Below, one piece after another: positions 1-12,358 of a stretch of DNA of 64,000 nucleotides. The notes beneath the pieces were generated by a model that ran no database searches, was not told the origin of the DNA, and saw only the letters and a list, made by a program, of their open reading frames with translations. A program made the position numbers and the translations under genes. How positions within the stretch are numbered: the first letter of the stretch is position 1; every line of letters begins with the position of its first letter. Source of the DNA: Octopus vulgaris (lineage: Eukaryota); contig OX597818.1 of NCBI GenBank assembly GCA_951406725.2, positions 45,942,001-46,006,000 on the forward strand, in the 5' to 3' direction.

Positions 1-34
1 GGGTGGAGGAGTAAAATCTAGAAATAAGGAAGGG

Positions 35-400
35 GAAGATGTGGTTGTGTGGTTAAGAAGTTTGCTTGCCAATCACATGGTTCCAAGTTCAGTCCCAGCT
101 GTAGTAGAAGTGCCTTTTACTACCTTGTGAGTGGGTTTGATAGGCACGTGTGCATATGTGTATGTATGTAGTCTTTTATTCTTTATTCTTTTACTTGTTT
201 CAGTCATTTGATCGTGGCCAAGCAGGAGCAAAGCGTTTTTTTTTTTTAGTAAAATCGACCCCATGACTTACTATTTAAGCCCAGTACTTATTCAATCGGT
301 TAGATTTACTGAACCTCTAAGTTAAAGGGACGTATACACACCAGCACCAGGTGTCAAGCAGTGATGGGGGACTAACACAAACACAAACACATATAGATAC
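35..400. mobile_element. Degenerate tRNA-derived SINE pieces (head on +, 3' part on -)
   Basis: Match the 5' and 3' halves of the intact copy at 24796-25178. Confidence 0.7.
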
Positions 401-419
401 ACACATATATATATATTTT

Positions 420-610
420 TTCCCTCCACTTTGATGAGAGGTTATAGGCCACCAGCCATTAGGGTCTGAAGAAACGTAAAACTAAGCACTTTGTGGACAT
501 GAAACCCTGGGTAACCTCATAGACTGGCCATAACTATCTTTGTCTAATTACTCTACTGCTCTATAAACTTACAGTGTACTTCTCTTTTGGATTTATGACT
601 TACTGACAAT
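420..610 (+). mobile_element. Penelope-like repeat end with hammerhead-like core
   Basis: gggt-CTGAAGA(466-472)...GAAACcctggGTA(501-513)-acct. Related copies at about 18060-18190 and 27040-27250. Confidence 0.45.
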
Positions 611-792
611 ATATATATATACACACACACACATATATATATACATATATATATATAATCATTACAGATATAGGGTAAAGAATTATTAATTTAATAATTA
701 ATAAATTTTACCAAGTAGTTTCGGTTTGGAAAAAGAACCATTATTGGTAGAAACTTTTACAAAAAGTTTTTTTTTTTTTATATATGATTAAA

Positions 793-1005
793 TATAATTA
801 AGGGTTTAGCAACAAGTTGCTTCACCTCATACAGAAAATTTAGAAATAGCAGCCAAAGACAGCTAATTCCTTTTCACTACAGATTAGACTCCACAGATAA
901 CAATACTGTTATCTGTACTGAAAAGGAATTAGCTGTCTTTGGCTGCTATTTCTAAATTTTCGGTATATGTGGTGAAGCAACTTGTTGCTAAACCCTTAAT
1001 TATAT
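793..1005. repeat. Inverted repeat, about 90-bp arms with about 30-bp spacer
   Basis: 793-882 is the near-perfect reverse complement of 912-1005. The same family recurs at about 42985-43195. Confidence 0.9.
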
Positions 1006-1034
1006 ATATATGTGTGTGTGTGTGTGTGTTGTGT

Positions 1035-1243
1035 GTGTTTATTGAGCGAAAACACTTAAAAGCTCCCCTATGCTCCGGCAGGGGGTGGTGATCCCTGCTG
1101 TACTCTTTCACCACGCTTTCTCCCACTCTTTCTTCTGTTGGCCTGCTCGCTTAGCCAGCGGGGTGGCGTCATTGGAAGGCTAAAACAATGCGAACACATT
1201 GTGACCAGCGATGTGTAACTACATCTGATGGTCTGGTCGGTCA
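1035..1243 (+). mobile_element. SINE fragment (family of 41866-42238)
   Basis: gtttattgagcgaaaacac...gtactctttcaccac is the reverse complement of sequence in the 42070-42170 copy. Confidence 0.65.
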
Positions 1244-1420
1244 TATATATGGTAGACTTCTTTCAGTTTCCATCTACCAAATCTGTTCATAAGGATTTGT
1301 GCAACTCTTTATCCATTCGAAACAAATTCACACACAGGAACTTCTGAGACTCTCAATATATTTGCATGGATTTACCGAGTTTAGGAGGTGGTCTTACTCA
1401 GTCCAAGTTCACTTCCACCA

Positions 1421-1489
1421 TGTATGCATGCATGCATGCATGTATGTATGTATGTATGTATGTATGTATGTATGTATGTATGTATGTGT
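1421..1489. repeat. (TATG)n/(CATG)n microsatellite
   Basis: Read directly from the sequence. Confidence 0.95.
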
Positions 1490-1749
1490 GAAATAATTTT
1501 TTCCATAGGTTTTTTTCGAGTGCATTCAACATGTCTCACTTCCAAAGATTTAGCTGCTATTTCTAACACGCCCTGCTACCATGCAACTGCTATTTACGAT
1601 AAAGAACCCAAAATGCCTGTTATGTGGTAGGAGGGTGTGCAAGAAACAGCAACCAAATCTTTCTTTTCTGGGGAAAAGTACCGCTTGCATGTAATTTCGA
1701 TGTCACAATTGTTGAAAGCATGTGAAATAACTGGGTAAAGAAAAAACCC

Positions 1750-2860
1750 ATGGACAGGAACAAAGAGCTTCAGAGATACTGAGCCTGGTTTTGCAAGCTT
1801 ATAGTGATGAGGCAATGGGTTGTACGCAATGTTTCAAGTGGCATGGGCACTTCAAAGTGGAAGAATGTCACTAGAAGACAATGAGTGATTGAAAGATCTG
1901 CCACAAGCATCACCTCTAGAAATGCAGTATTGTGCATAGAAAATTCATCTTCCTGGGCCAGACCATCAATTGAGAGTTCTACTGTGAGATTTTGAAGTGT
2001 TTGAGGGAGGACATTCAACGAAAGCAACCGGATCTGTAGAGCACGAAGAATTGGATTCTTCACCAAACTCTCCTCACTTGTAGGTTTCTCGCCAAAAGCA
2101 ATGTGGTGCCACTTTTCCACCTGCCTAATTCACCAGATTTAGCACCTGCAGACTTCCGTCACTTCCCCAAGATGAAAATGCAGCATGGTTTTCAGTTTGA
2201 GGAAGAACTAGAAGTCACACAGTGCCAAGTTGGAAGAGTAGGGAGTTTGTCAAACAAATGGTGTGTTGTTCTTGACCAAGAAAGATAGGTGAACTGAGTG
2301 AGAGCATCCACACCAATTCCTCACTGCCCACATGTCTAGCCGTTTTTGATGCACAGCATCACAATGACAACGTATAACCTCCAGGTTGTATTCCTTGTTG
2401 ATTGCTTGACCTTGTGGTGCATATTCATGATGCACAATACCATGGAAGTCAAGGAAACATGTCAACATTATGTCCACATTGCTGCAAACCTGTTGTGATT
2501 TTTAGGGCCTTGATGATCAAAAATGCTTCCACTGGGAGGACTAAAACTTGGTTTCCAAGATGATGGTCTTCAAAGAAACATGTCAACATAATGTTCACAT
2601 TGCTACAAACCTGTTGTGATTTTTGGGGCCTTGATGATGACAAATGCTTCCACTGGGAGGACTAAAACTTGGTTTCCAGGTCATAACCATAAGTCCATGT
2701 CTCTTCAGCCAAGATGATGGTCTTCATGAAGTCTGGGTTGTGGTCTGAACAGTCCAGCATGTTCTGAGCAATATCTATGTGGGGTTGGGGATAAATTTCA
2801 AAACACTCTGCATGCACAAATCCTCTGTTAAAGTGAATTTCCCACCTTGTGAGCAATTCC
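1750..2860. mobile_element. Rearranged mariner transposase remnants
   Basis: On +: VPLFHLPNSPDLAPADF (2103-2190). On -: MLTCFLDFHGIVHHEYAPQGQ and EETWTYGYDLETK. Stops and frameshifts throughout. Confidence 0.8.
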
Positions 2861-2866
2861 CTAGGT

Positions 2867-4908
2867 TGTTACATGTTTTGCCCCCTAGAAAGAATGGACT
2901 GAACCACTACATATGTATAGTAGCAAACTGAGTAAGCAAGGCAGTAATCATATAGCTACATTCCAAATTTGCACAAGTTAAGAGCTCCGTTGAACAACTT
3001 ATTAAAAAAAGGAGTAAAATGGAATTGGTCCACTAAATGCCAAAACACTTTTGAAGAAATAAAAAAATTTCTAATCTCGAACCTGTCATTAGCACATTAT
3101 GATCCTGAAATGGACATCATTGTAGTATTTAATGCTTCCGAGCAAAGATTACGTGTGGTTCTACTTCATAAATATGAAGACCGAAATATAAAACCAGTGC
3201 TTCATGTTTTGCACTTGCTAATAGTGGCAGAGAAGAGATATAGTCAAATTGAAAAGAAGGCCCTAGCAATTTCACAGGTTTCTGTATGGCAGTTTTTTAT
3301 TGCAAACAGACCACAGACCTTTGCTGTTGATTTATGGGTCTAAAAAAGGGTTACTGACTCATACTGCGAACTGCCTGCAATGTTGGGATGTAATATTACT
3401 AAATTATGATTTCAAAATGGAATACATTCCATCGAAATAAAGTTGGTCATGTGGACTGCCTTTCGAAGTTAATTCCAAAAAATATGGAAGCACTAGAAGA
3501 GACATAGCCACACCACAGGCAGAAAGTGAAATTTAAAATGTTATGATGAACATTATCCAAGAACTACCAGAGACTGCACAGGATATAAGAATGAAAGCTT
3601 TAGGTGATGAGTATATTATGAAAATGAAAGAAGCTTTAAAGAATAAACAGAATAAAAATTCAGATGCCAGTAATTTTTCAATTTGCGACAATATTCTGTG
3701 GTATGTCCAAAGAGTTGTGTCACAGCAGACATCCAGGAATGGCAAGGATGAAGGCGCTGATGAGGAGTTAGATCTATTGGCCGTATATGGACTGAGATAT
3801 CAAAAAGTTGGTGAGAATGTGCCAAGGTTGCGCACTCATGGCCAAAGCCCTGCCAGTAAAATATCAATTGTGGCCAGAGACAGAGACCCCATGGTCTAGG
3901 TTACACACTGACTAGGCCAGACTGGTAAACCACACTTACTACCTAATTGTAGTAGATACCTGTACTAAGTGGTTAGAGGTTTGCAGGTGGTATAGACCAA
4001 CCTCAAAGACAACTATAAAGTTCTTATATGAATTGTTTCCCTGACACACTAGTGTCAGATAATGGAATGCAGTTCTCTGGGTATGAATTCATGAACTTCT
4101 GTAAAGGTATATGATAAAGCATATTTTCACTTCACCCTACCATCCGAGGTCAAACAGACAGGTAGAAAGATTTGTGGACACCTTTAAGAGAGCATTAAGA
4201 AAAACGAGAAATGAATTAAGTAATGACGAAGCCCTGATAAATTTCTTAGGAATATACAGGGTGACCCTACAAAACAATTACAAATTCAGGGAAGTCTCCC
4301 ACAGAATTGATGTTCACAAGAAGAATAAATTCCATTTTTGATGAGCTATTGCCAGAGAAAAAAAGACATAAAGGAAATACAAAAGAGCCAGCCAAATATG
4401 TTGAAATATGATAAAGTGCATTTCAAAACCTATAGAAAAGGTTAAGAAGGCTGGGAAGATGGACTTGTTACTAGAAAAATTGGAAGTATGATATATCAAA
4501 TTAAAGGGTCACACAGTGAACATAAGAGACATACAAACAAAATAAGGAAGGCACATACCCAAGGTCAGGAAGATATTCCCATGGAACAATGTACCAGTAC
4601 CAGAAGTAGCAGAGTCCTGTAGAACCAGTATGTGAAAAAGAAAACAGTCTGAACACCTTCAGATAATGCCCAAGTGAAAGAGATACTATAAAAAAAATAT
4701 ATATATATTTTTTAAATAAAAAAGATTTCTTTTTTCTTTTGGAACACGAAATCTCAAAAGGGAAGATGTTGTGTAAGAGTACAACACCCCCTGGCAAGAA
4801 CGAACTGGATCACTATATATAAATAGTAGTGGTCAGAGAAAGTGAGGCAGGTCGTGCTAGTTCTGTTGTGGTTTGTTGCTGGATTTACACTTGCTGTTTG
4901 TTATAACA
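2867..4908 (+). mobile_element. Degenerate Gypsy (Mag/K02A2.6-like) LTR retrotransposon
   Basis: RT-RNaseH linker LRAPLNNLLKKGVKWNW...LAHYDP (2969-3343) precedes integrase FTSPYHPRSNRQVERFVDTFK (4111-4341), the Gypsy order. Purine tract aaaagggaaga is followed by a TGTT...AACA LTR candidate at 4767-4908, with a similar 5' LTR stub at 2867-2945. Confidence 0.85.
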
Positions 4909-5389
4909 TTAAGGTATTGTTAATATTGATTGTTAAATTGTTCTGTTAAAAATTTTGCCTGCTTGCAAGTGTTGTTGAAAATCATGTGCTTCGCTTGTGG
5001 AGGAGGGAACTGAACTGTTTTTGACTGTTGTTGCATCATATTCTTCAAACTGTTTTTGTGACTCTCTTTAGAGAGTAAAAAAAATATTTCGCAAGAAATT
5101 TTTGTATTAAGAATTTTCTTTGAAAATTCAAAAACATGAAACGGGACCAGAGCAAATAGCTCCAATTGTGGAAAATGTGAAAACAATTAAACTATGTGGA
5201 AGTGACAAATGTGTCACACCAAGATATAAAAATAACCAGATTGGAGTACCAGGCATGCTACTGCATGTTAACAGTGGATGGGGGATAGGTTCACATCTCC
5301 CCACCAAGTGAAATAACTTCACAGAAAAATAACAAAACAGTAATTTACAAATGCTATGATGTGGTGGAAAAGAAAATTTCAAACATCAC

Positions 5390-6690
5390 TAAGGAGAAAA
5401 CTGAAAAATACCTTGGGCCCACTTGGAACGACATAACATGTGGTCTGAGGCAAAAAATTTGCCACCATTGAGGTGAGATTGAGGTGGAGAAAGCAAGAGA
5501 GCATTCAATAAGAATGCTAAAAACTAAGGAGGTGGTACTCCTTTCCTCATATCTGGGATATAAAACGTCCCAGACAAGAATAGAGGAGGTAGCAACCTGG
5601 ACTGTGGCAAGCACTATGCTATACGCGTGAAGGAAAATTAAATATTTTACAAATAACCTGCTCTGCCCGCCAAAATTGGTTAGGGCAGAGCATAGACATC
5701 CTTATTCAGGCAACACCTGGAGATTTAGAAGAAATCCCCAACTGCATGATGATCATGGAGGAGACAATTCTAAAACTTCAGGTCGAGGGAAGAAAGCCTC
5801 GATGTTTCAAATATGGTCAGAAGGGCCACTTGAGAGCAGGATGTGCGTGGCCTGAGCTCAGTGGAAGCAGGCAAGTTTCTTCAATGACCTCAGCTCACAT
5901 AGTATAGATGTTATGGTGGCTACAGAGACCAAGTTGGATGACCTACACCTTCTCGGCACTCTTGAATGGCTATGAGAAAATAATGTCTCCTGGCCAAACC
6001 AGGGGCCAAGGAGGGGTAGTAGTGTTGCTCTGAAAAGGCTTGGCTCTGCAGACAAGGATAATCTTTCTCATGACGTCTAAGATATTAGTCATGTTAGGTG
6101 ACTTTAATGCTATTCTGGATGCATGCCAGGATAGCTTTGGTGCAGCAGCTAGAAGAAGACGCCTACGTCTTGCCGTTCTGCTTAAGCGATTTCAGTTGGC
6201 AGATTGTTACAGACTTGATCGCTCGAACATCCTAGTGTAAACCTGGACAAATGGCAACAGGTTATGATGGTCTTATCTAGACAGGGTAGTGGTAAGGACT
6301 AGAGATAAGTCTAGTTCTAGTTGTCCACAGTTCTTTCTGGTCACTTATATGGATCACAAACTAGTAACATGTAGGGTGATCATAGATAGAGTATACAGAC
6401 AGGGATCTGTCTATTGGAAGCTAAACAAGACTATTTTATCCTGTGAGGCGTACCATAACCGGATTGAGGAGTTAGTTAAGAGGGCATTGACTGGCACTGT
6501 GTTGAATAACAGGTGGTGGTTTGCCCTCAAATGAGCCATTCGCTTTGAGTCTATTAGATTTCATCAACAGTTAAGCTTAGACAAGGCTAGAATAGAGGGC
6601 AACCCAGTTAAGGACTTAGAAGAGGCATTGAGATTGGGCTCTGCATCCCAAGTTTTGGCAGTGAGATCAGCTTTAGATCAACACCTCTTT
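5390..6690 (+). mobile_element. L1/Tx1-like non-LTR retrotransposon remnant (ORF1 zinc knuckle and APE endonuclease)
   Basis: GRKPRCFKYGQKGHLRAGC (about 5787-5845), LVMLGDFNAILD, DHKLV and YWKLN. Many stops. Confidence 0.75.
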
Positions 6691-7945
6691 GAAGGCTGCA
6701 GAATAAATGATAATCAGATGGGGCAATGTCCAGCGAATATGGTGGGTGGAGCATCGGTTCCCATTCAATCTGCTCCAGCCTTTGGAATGTCATCCTCACT
6801 GTATGTGGCCAGGCAGTATCCTGATGGAAGAACACCTTTTGTCTTGAAACCAAAGATGATCGTTTTCTTCTAGCACTAACTTAAGCCACTCAAGCTACTC
6901 ACAGTAGATCTTCTTTGTTATTGTTTGGTTTGAGTTTAAAAGCTCAAAGTGGACTAAACTTTTCATATCCCACCAAACAGATAACAACACCTTAAATGGG
7001 TGAAGACTTTCTTAGCCTTGGGTAGTGGTGTTTTTCCTTTTTCTCAACACTGTCTTTGGCGCTTGACATTTTTATAGAGAACCCATTTCTTGTCACTAGT
7101 CACTATTCAATCCCAAAAAAGTTCATTTATGAGACATGACAGCAAAGAAGAGCACACATTCATTCTCTTCATGTGATTAGACTAGGGAAGTTTCTGAGGA
7201 ACCCACTGACCCAATATGCTGACTTTTCCAATGGCATGCAGGTGTTGATGAATGGTTGAATCACCAAACCAAAGCTTTTCTGGTAGTTCCTCAACAGTTA
7301 CAATGTGATTTTGTTCCACCATGGTTTGCAGGACATCCTTGTCACACTCTACAAATCTTCCAGGACATCCTTGTCATCATCATCATCATCATCATCGTTT
7401 AGCGTCCGTTTTCCATGCTAGCATGGGTTGGACGGTTCTACTGGGGTCTGTGAAGCTGAAAGGCTTCATCAGGCCCAGTCAAATCTGGCAGTGTTTCTAC
7501 GGCTGGATGCCCTTCCTAACGCCAACCACTCCATGAGTGTAGTGGGTGCTTTTTACGTGCCACCCGCACAGGTGCCAGACAGAGCTGGCAAACGGACACG
7601 AACAGATGGTGCTTTTTACGTGCCACCGGCACGAGGCCAGTCGGGGCGGCGCTGGTAACAGTCGCGAAACGGTCGCACTCTACAAATCTTCCAGGACAAG
7701 GCTTGTCTTCTAGGCCGGAGTTTGTGGCTCAAAGTTTCTGGAACCATCGTTGACACTGGCTTATGCTTATTGCCTGTTCCCCAAATACTGCTTTAATATT
7801 CCTCGCACTTTCCTTAGTCTTGTTGCCTTTATTGAACTCATAAAGCAAAACATGCTCCTTTGTCACTTCCATTATAGTTTCGAAAAAATGATTGTTAAAC
7901 TTGAACTGCACTCTTCAAAACTTGCACTAAGAATAGGTACAAAGT
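6685..7945 (-). mobile_element. Degenerate mariner element interrupted by a retroposon
   Basis: N-terminal LLYEFNKG...CQRWFQK (7729-7911) and C-terminal HQDTAWPH...HPPYSLDIAPSDYHLF (6685-6853). Confidence 0.85.
7368..7675 (-). mobile_element. (TGA)n-tailed retroposon 3' fragment with 23-bp target-site duplication
   Basis: (CAT)n tail at 7374-7396. cactctacaaatcttccaggaca is duplicated at 7345-7367 and 7676-7698. Related copies at about 23836-23990, 41385-41790 and 43878-44045. Confidence 0.8.
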
Positions 7946-7961
7946 ATGTGTGTGTGTGTAT

Positions 7962-7962
<1 letters not shown>

Positions 7963-8005
<43 letters not shown>
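7963..8005. repeat. (TAT)n microsatellite
   Basis: Read directly from the sequence. Confidence 0.95.
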
Positions 8006-8006
<1 letters not shown>

Positions 8007-8109
8007 GTCACAATGAGTATCCTTATTGTTGTATTATGTCTTTCTGGTATTTATTGTAGAATTTACTTTCTGCTTTTCTGAATATAAAACTTATATGGTA
8101 TGCTGGCCC

Positions 8110-8915
8110 ACAGGGGATCACAATCCCAGAACCTAAATCAGTGCGGGACCTGGGTATCGACATGAGTGATGATATCGCTTTCCAAGTGTACATTGCCAGG
8201 ATGGTAGAAAGTGCAAATGACTGACTGAATGGATCCTGAAAACCTTCAGAACCAGAGAGAAAGAAGCCATGATGGTCCTCTGGAGGACATTCATGCTCAG
8301 CTGCCTGGATTACTGCTCCCAGCTATGATCACCCAACAGTGTAAAATTAACAGCAGACCTTGAAGCAATCCAGCAAAGCTTCACAAAGAAGATTGTCTCA
8401 TTGCAACAGCTCAGCTACTGGGAAAAGCTGAAACAGCTAAGACTCTACTCCCTGGAGTGTAGGCGGGAGAGGTATGCAGTTATATACATCTGGAAGATCT
8501 TGGAAGGGATTGTGCCAAATTTTGGCATTGAAACCTACACAAATGCCAGAACGGGTCGACACTGCACAGTGCCAAAGATCCCAGCAATGCCATCGTGCTT
8601 CTGGACCAGTTACTGCAACAGCCTGGGTTTCAGGGGCCCACAGCTTTTTAATATTTTTCCAAAGAGCCTGAGGGACCTACACAAAGTGAATGTTGGCATT
8701 TCCAAATCAAAACTGGATCTCTTCCTGTCGAGAATCCCAGATGAACTTACCTCGCGACAGGAGGTGCAAATGAGGATAGCGACATCAAACTCCCTTATTC
8801 ACCAAATGCCACATATCAGAGGAGGCTCTCAATAATAGCAGTGTAGCAAAAAGGGGGTTCCCCAGTATGGCTACAGCTTTGAGCTGAAACTAATAAAACA
8901 ATAAAACAAAACAAA
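8110..8915 (+). mobile_element. 5'-truncated LINE (CR1/L2-related) 3' end
   Basis: RT C-terminal LDYCSQL..P, SYWEKLKQLRLYSLECRRERY..IYIWKI (8401-8835), then a short 3' UTR and a (TAAAACAA)-type tail. Confidence 0.8.
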
Positions 8916-10133
8916 ACATTGCAGAAAGAGAAAAAAAAGGGAAGCCATATATCATTTATCTTTCATTAAAAAATATTTTTAGTTCCTGTTATGCTACTTC
9001 TACGCAATGACAATACAATTTATAAAAAAAAATACTGTATGTGAAAGAGATGTTTTTTCTTTGAAATATCTTTATTAAAACAATAACACTCGTACACAAA
9101 CTAACAATCAGTTATCTATTTAAAGTTTTCTTGTGATCTATTTTTGTGACTTTTTTTCTGTGTTTCATAATTGTACTGGTTTTATCAAGTTCAAAAACGA
9201 AGTACAAAGCCAGCCGAAAGTGAGCTTCTACGTGGTCACGACTCGCTAGAAATAGCAGCCCAATCTCTTTAATATCATACACTACCTCCTTTAAAAAAAT
9301 TACACATTGGATGATGTAATTCTAGTATACACTGTATCTGAAAAAAAAAAAAAAACATAATATGGGGTGTTCATGGCTGGAATATGTTTTTATCATACAT
9401 CTACTTGACCAAAGTTGACCTAGGGGTTGGTTAACCATAACTATGCACAAAAAAAAAAAATTAAAAACCACAAACAAATATAGGGACAAGTGATATAGTA
9501 CAAAACTGATGTGATCTTTTCTAATCTAATCAGAAAACTATTTTTAAAAAACAAAAAGAATGGTATAGGATAAGAGATTATACTATAAGAAATTATACGA
9601 GTAGTATGATAATATTATAACTGATATAAAAATACAAGTTGGATAAAGTATAGCAAGCGAACGATCGGTTTGTTTGGAAAAGGCTCGTTGCCCGTTGTGC
9701 TGACAACAGTGGAGGTTCCAAGAGCCAAAGATGCCAAGCCAACCGACAGGAAACCCAGCGGTAGATCCATAGTCTCAGATGGTCATATTTGGAAATCCAG
9801 CTGGGAAACCTAATGACAGTTGCTTCTGGTAAGTCCTTATGTAAGAGGTACCTGAGGATTCTGTCCTCACGATCACCTCCATCCTGGAATAATGTGTGAA
9901 AAAGATGGATGGATAAATAAAGTATGAAGTAGTTTTACTGGGTCAATATTTCCCATTCCTTCCATTAGTGTTTCGAACTGCATTTACGAACTAGGGGCCA
10001 GTATAACTTACAAAACCAAAGTTGTAAGAAATTATCTATTTTATAATTCCTAGGATAGGGTATATTCAGCGTAACAAGTTAGTTGGGTTGAAGTGGGGCA
10101 AAATGACACCGCGTGTATCGAGTGACGTTTCTC

Positions 10134-10425
10134 CTAATTCGATCAGTGGGCAGGTACCCAGCTGTCGCAGCACTTCAGCCTCGCGATCCATCCTCAATTC
10201 TGGGAGTGTTTTGAAGCATTTCAAATTTTTCTACAATGTAACCCTAGATTTTCTTGACGTAATACAGGAGTTTTTGTTTTTGTTTTTTACTGCCTTCTCC
10301 ATTTTCTCACTGCTTACGTCTGTAAATATTTTTTTTAGTTTTTTTTTGTTTTTTGTATTATCTAATAGTTTTATGATTACTGCTAAAAGAAATTAAGTAC
10401 AGGATTGACAAAATCAGGTTAACTT
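10134..10425 (-). mobile_element. Unclassified interspersed repeat (inverted copy at about 14295-14615)
   Basis: The reverse complement aligns with 14295-14615 (gtcaagaaaatctagggttac...cactcccagaatt...gggtacctgccca). Confidence 0.7.
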
Positions 10426-10726
10426 ACGTGGGAGAAATTTGTTTTTACTTTCTCTGGGAACTTAACCTCTGGTATTCATAAACTTTACCTTTTAGTAAGT
10501 TCCGTGGGGGATCCAGTTGATTTGGCTGTAGGCATTTAAAAAAATAACAACAGCCAAACTGTCTAGATCCGCTTGATTTTCACTGACTACAATTAAAACT
10601 CGTCTATCTGTCTGCATAATTACATCCGTGCCTCTCTGTGTATGTTCGTGTGTAATTACTATGCAATTCACATGGGAAACACTGAAGCACATGACTGACC
10701 GGTCTGAATCATTTAGTAGAAAGCTT

Positions 10727-11139
10727 GGATCTTTTCGGTTTGAACTGCAGTTTTTTAAAATAATTTCCACGTAACTAAACACTTTTAAACTTCGTATACT
10801 GGTAGAATGTGTTTATAAAACATCTTTTTCTCTTGGCTTTATTGAGAAAATTCTAGAGTTTGTGAGATATTTGTTTTTTTGTTTTTCTTCAATTTCTGCA
10901 ATTTCAACCAATCAATGACGTCTATTGAGGTGAAAACATTCTGTGCCGTATGAATATGTCCTCGTTTAAGAAACAGATTGGGTTTATTTACATTTGTGAA
11001 GATAAAAAAGATACCCTTCCCTCCACCCCTAACCCTAAAACAGATTGAAATGCAATAGATCAATACTAGGGTCATAATTATGGGTGACAATTTCATATGA
11101 CACCGCTAGAAAAAACTGCCGTTCAAATCGAAAATATCC
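10727..11139. mobile_element. MITE with about 30-bp terminal inverted repeats
   Basis: ggatcttttcggtttgaactgcagtttttt ... aaaaaactgccgttcaaatcgaaaatatcc, with an internal accctaaccctaa. Confidence 0.75.
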
Positions 11140-11329
11140 GACATGTTTTTTATTAGGAATATCAGTAAGTAATACTGTAATGAAATTACAAATGCTGTGT
11201 CCTGTCAGTCAGATTTAGGTTTACTCGTGCTGTATGTGTGTATTATATAAGAGAAAAACATGTAATAATAGAAGTAGAAAAAAGATGGATTTCATATACG
11301 AACTTCTGTTTGTTCTTCATGTTGCAATC

Positions 11330-12103
11330 CAGCAACATTTAGTGTTTGGCCCTGACTTTTATTAATGTTCATATCGGAACCAAGAAGCTAGAAAAATGGA
11401 TATATCATCTAGAAGAATAGCTTTAAGGAATCCAGGTGACTGCGATGGCCCTGTAAAGGCTACAGATGAAGTGGAACATCTATTTGTCACTGTTCCTTTT
11501 GACGTTTGAATAGACAGTCCGCTAAGGTCGACTTTGCCTTTCATCCTTTTGGGGTCGATTAAATAAGTACCAGTTACGCACTGAGGTCGATATACTCGAC
11601 TTAATCCGTTTGTCTGTCCTTGTTAGTCCTCTCTGCGTTTAGCCCCTTGTGGGTAGTAAAGAAATAGGTATATCGTGAATGAAGCTAGAACAATAGCTGT
11701 ATCATATGGAAGAATAGCTTTAGGGGATCTGAGATGGCACTGACAAGATTACGGGTAAAGTGGAAGACCCTTTTGCCATGGTTTCTTTTGACATCTGAAT
11801 GGGCCATATGCCCAAGGAGAATTGAAAGATTGGCCCTGACTTTTATTAATGCTCATGGCAAAAGGAAGTGGGATAGGAAATTGTAAGGGCTTAAATTTGA
11901 ATGGGACATTAGATGGTGTAACTGGTATGTGAGGTACGAAGACGGTGTCATGTTTACCATAGCCAGTGAGAATATTTGTCTCAATGGAGTTCATCATAGG
12001 TTTGTACACAATTAGTGTTGCCTCCTTTGAACCATTTACTTTCACCTTATGGGACAAACATACAAATGGACAGAATCTCTCTTTTATATATATATATAGA
12101 AGA
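11330..12103 (-). mobile_element. Non-autonomous Helitron with Pif1 helicase C-terminal remnant; MetaSINE-like insert at about 11519-11668
   Basis: ORF 11749..12057 contains VFVPHIPVTPSNVPFKFKPLQFP...FAMSINKSQGQS (Helitron helicase). 5' end TC(TA)nAAAAGAGA near 12103. Confidence 0.8.
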
Positions 12104-12358
12104 TATATATGTATGTATGTATGTATATATATATAGAAGATATACTCTTTTACTTGTTTCAGTCATTTGACTGCAACCACGCTGGAGCACTGCCTTTAGT
12201 CGAGCAAATCTACCCCAGGATTCATTCTCTGTAAGCCTAGTACTTATTCTACCAGTCTCTTTTGCTGAACCACTAAGTTACGGGGATGTAAATGTACCAG
12301 CATCGATTGTCAAGCAATGTTGGGGGGACAAACACAGATGCACAAACACACACACATA

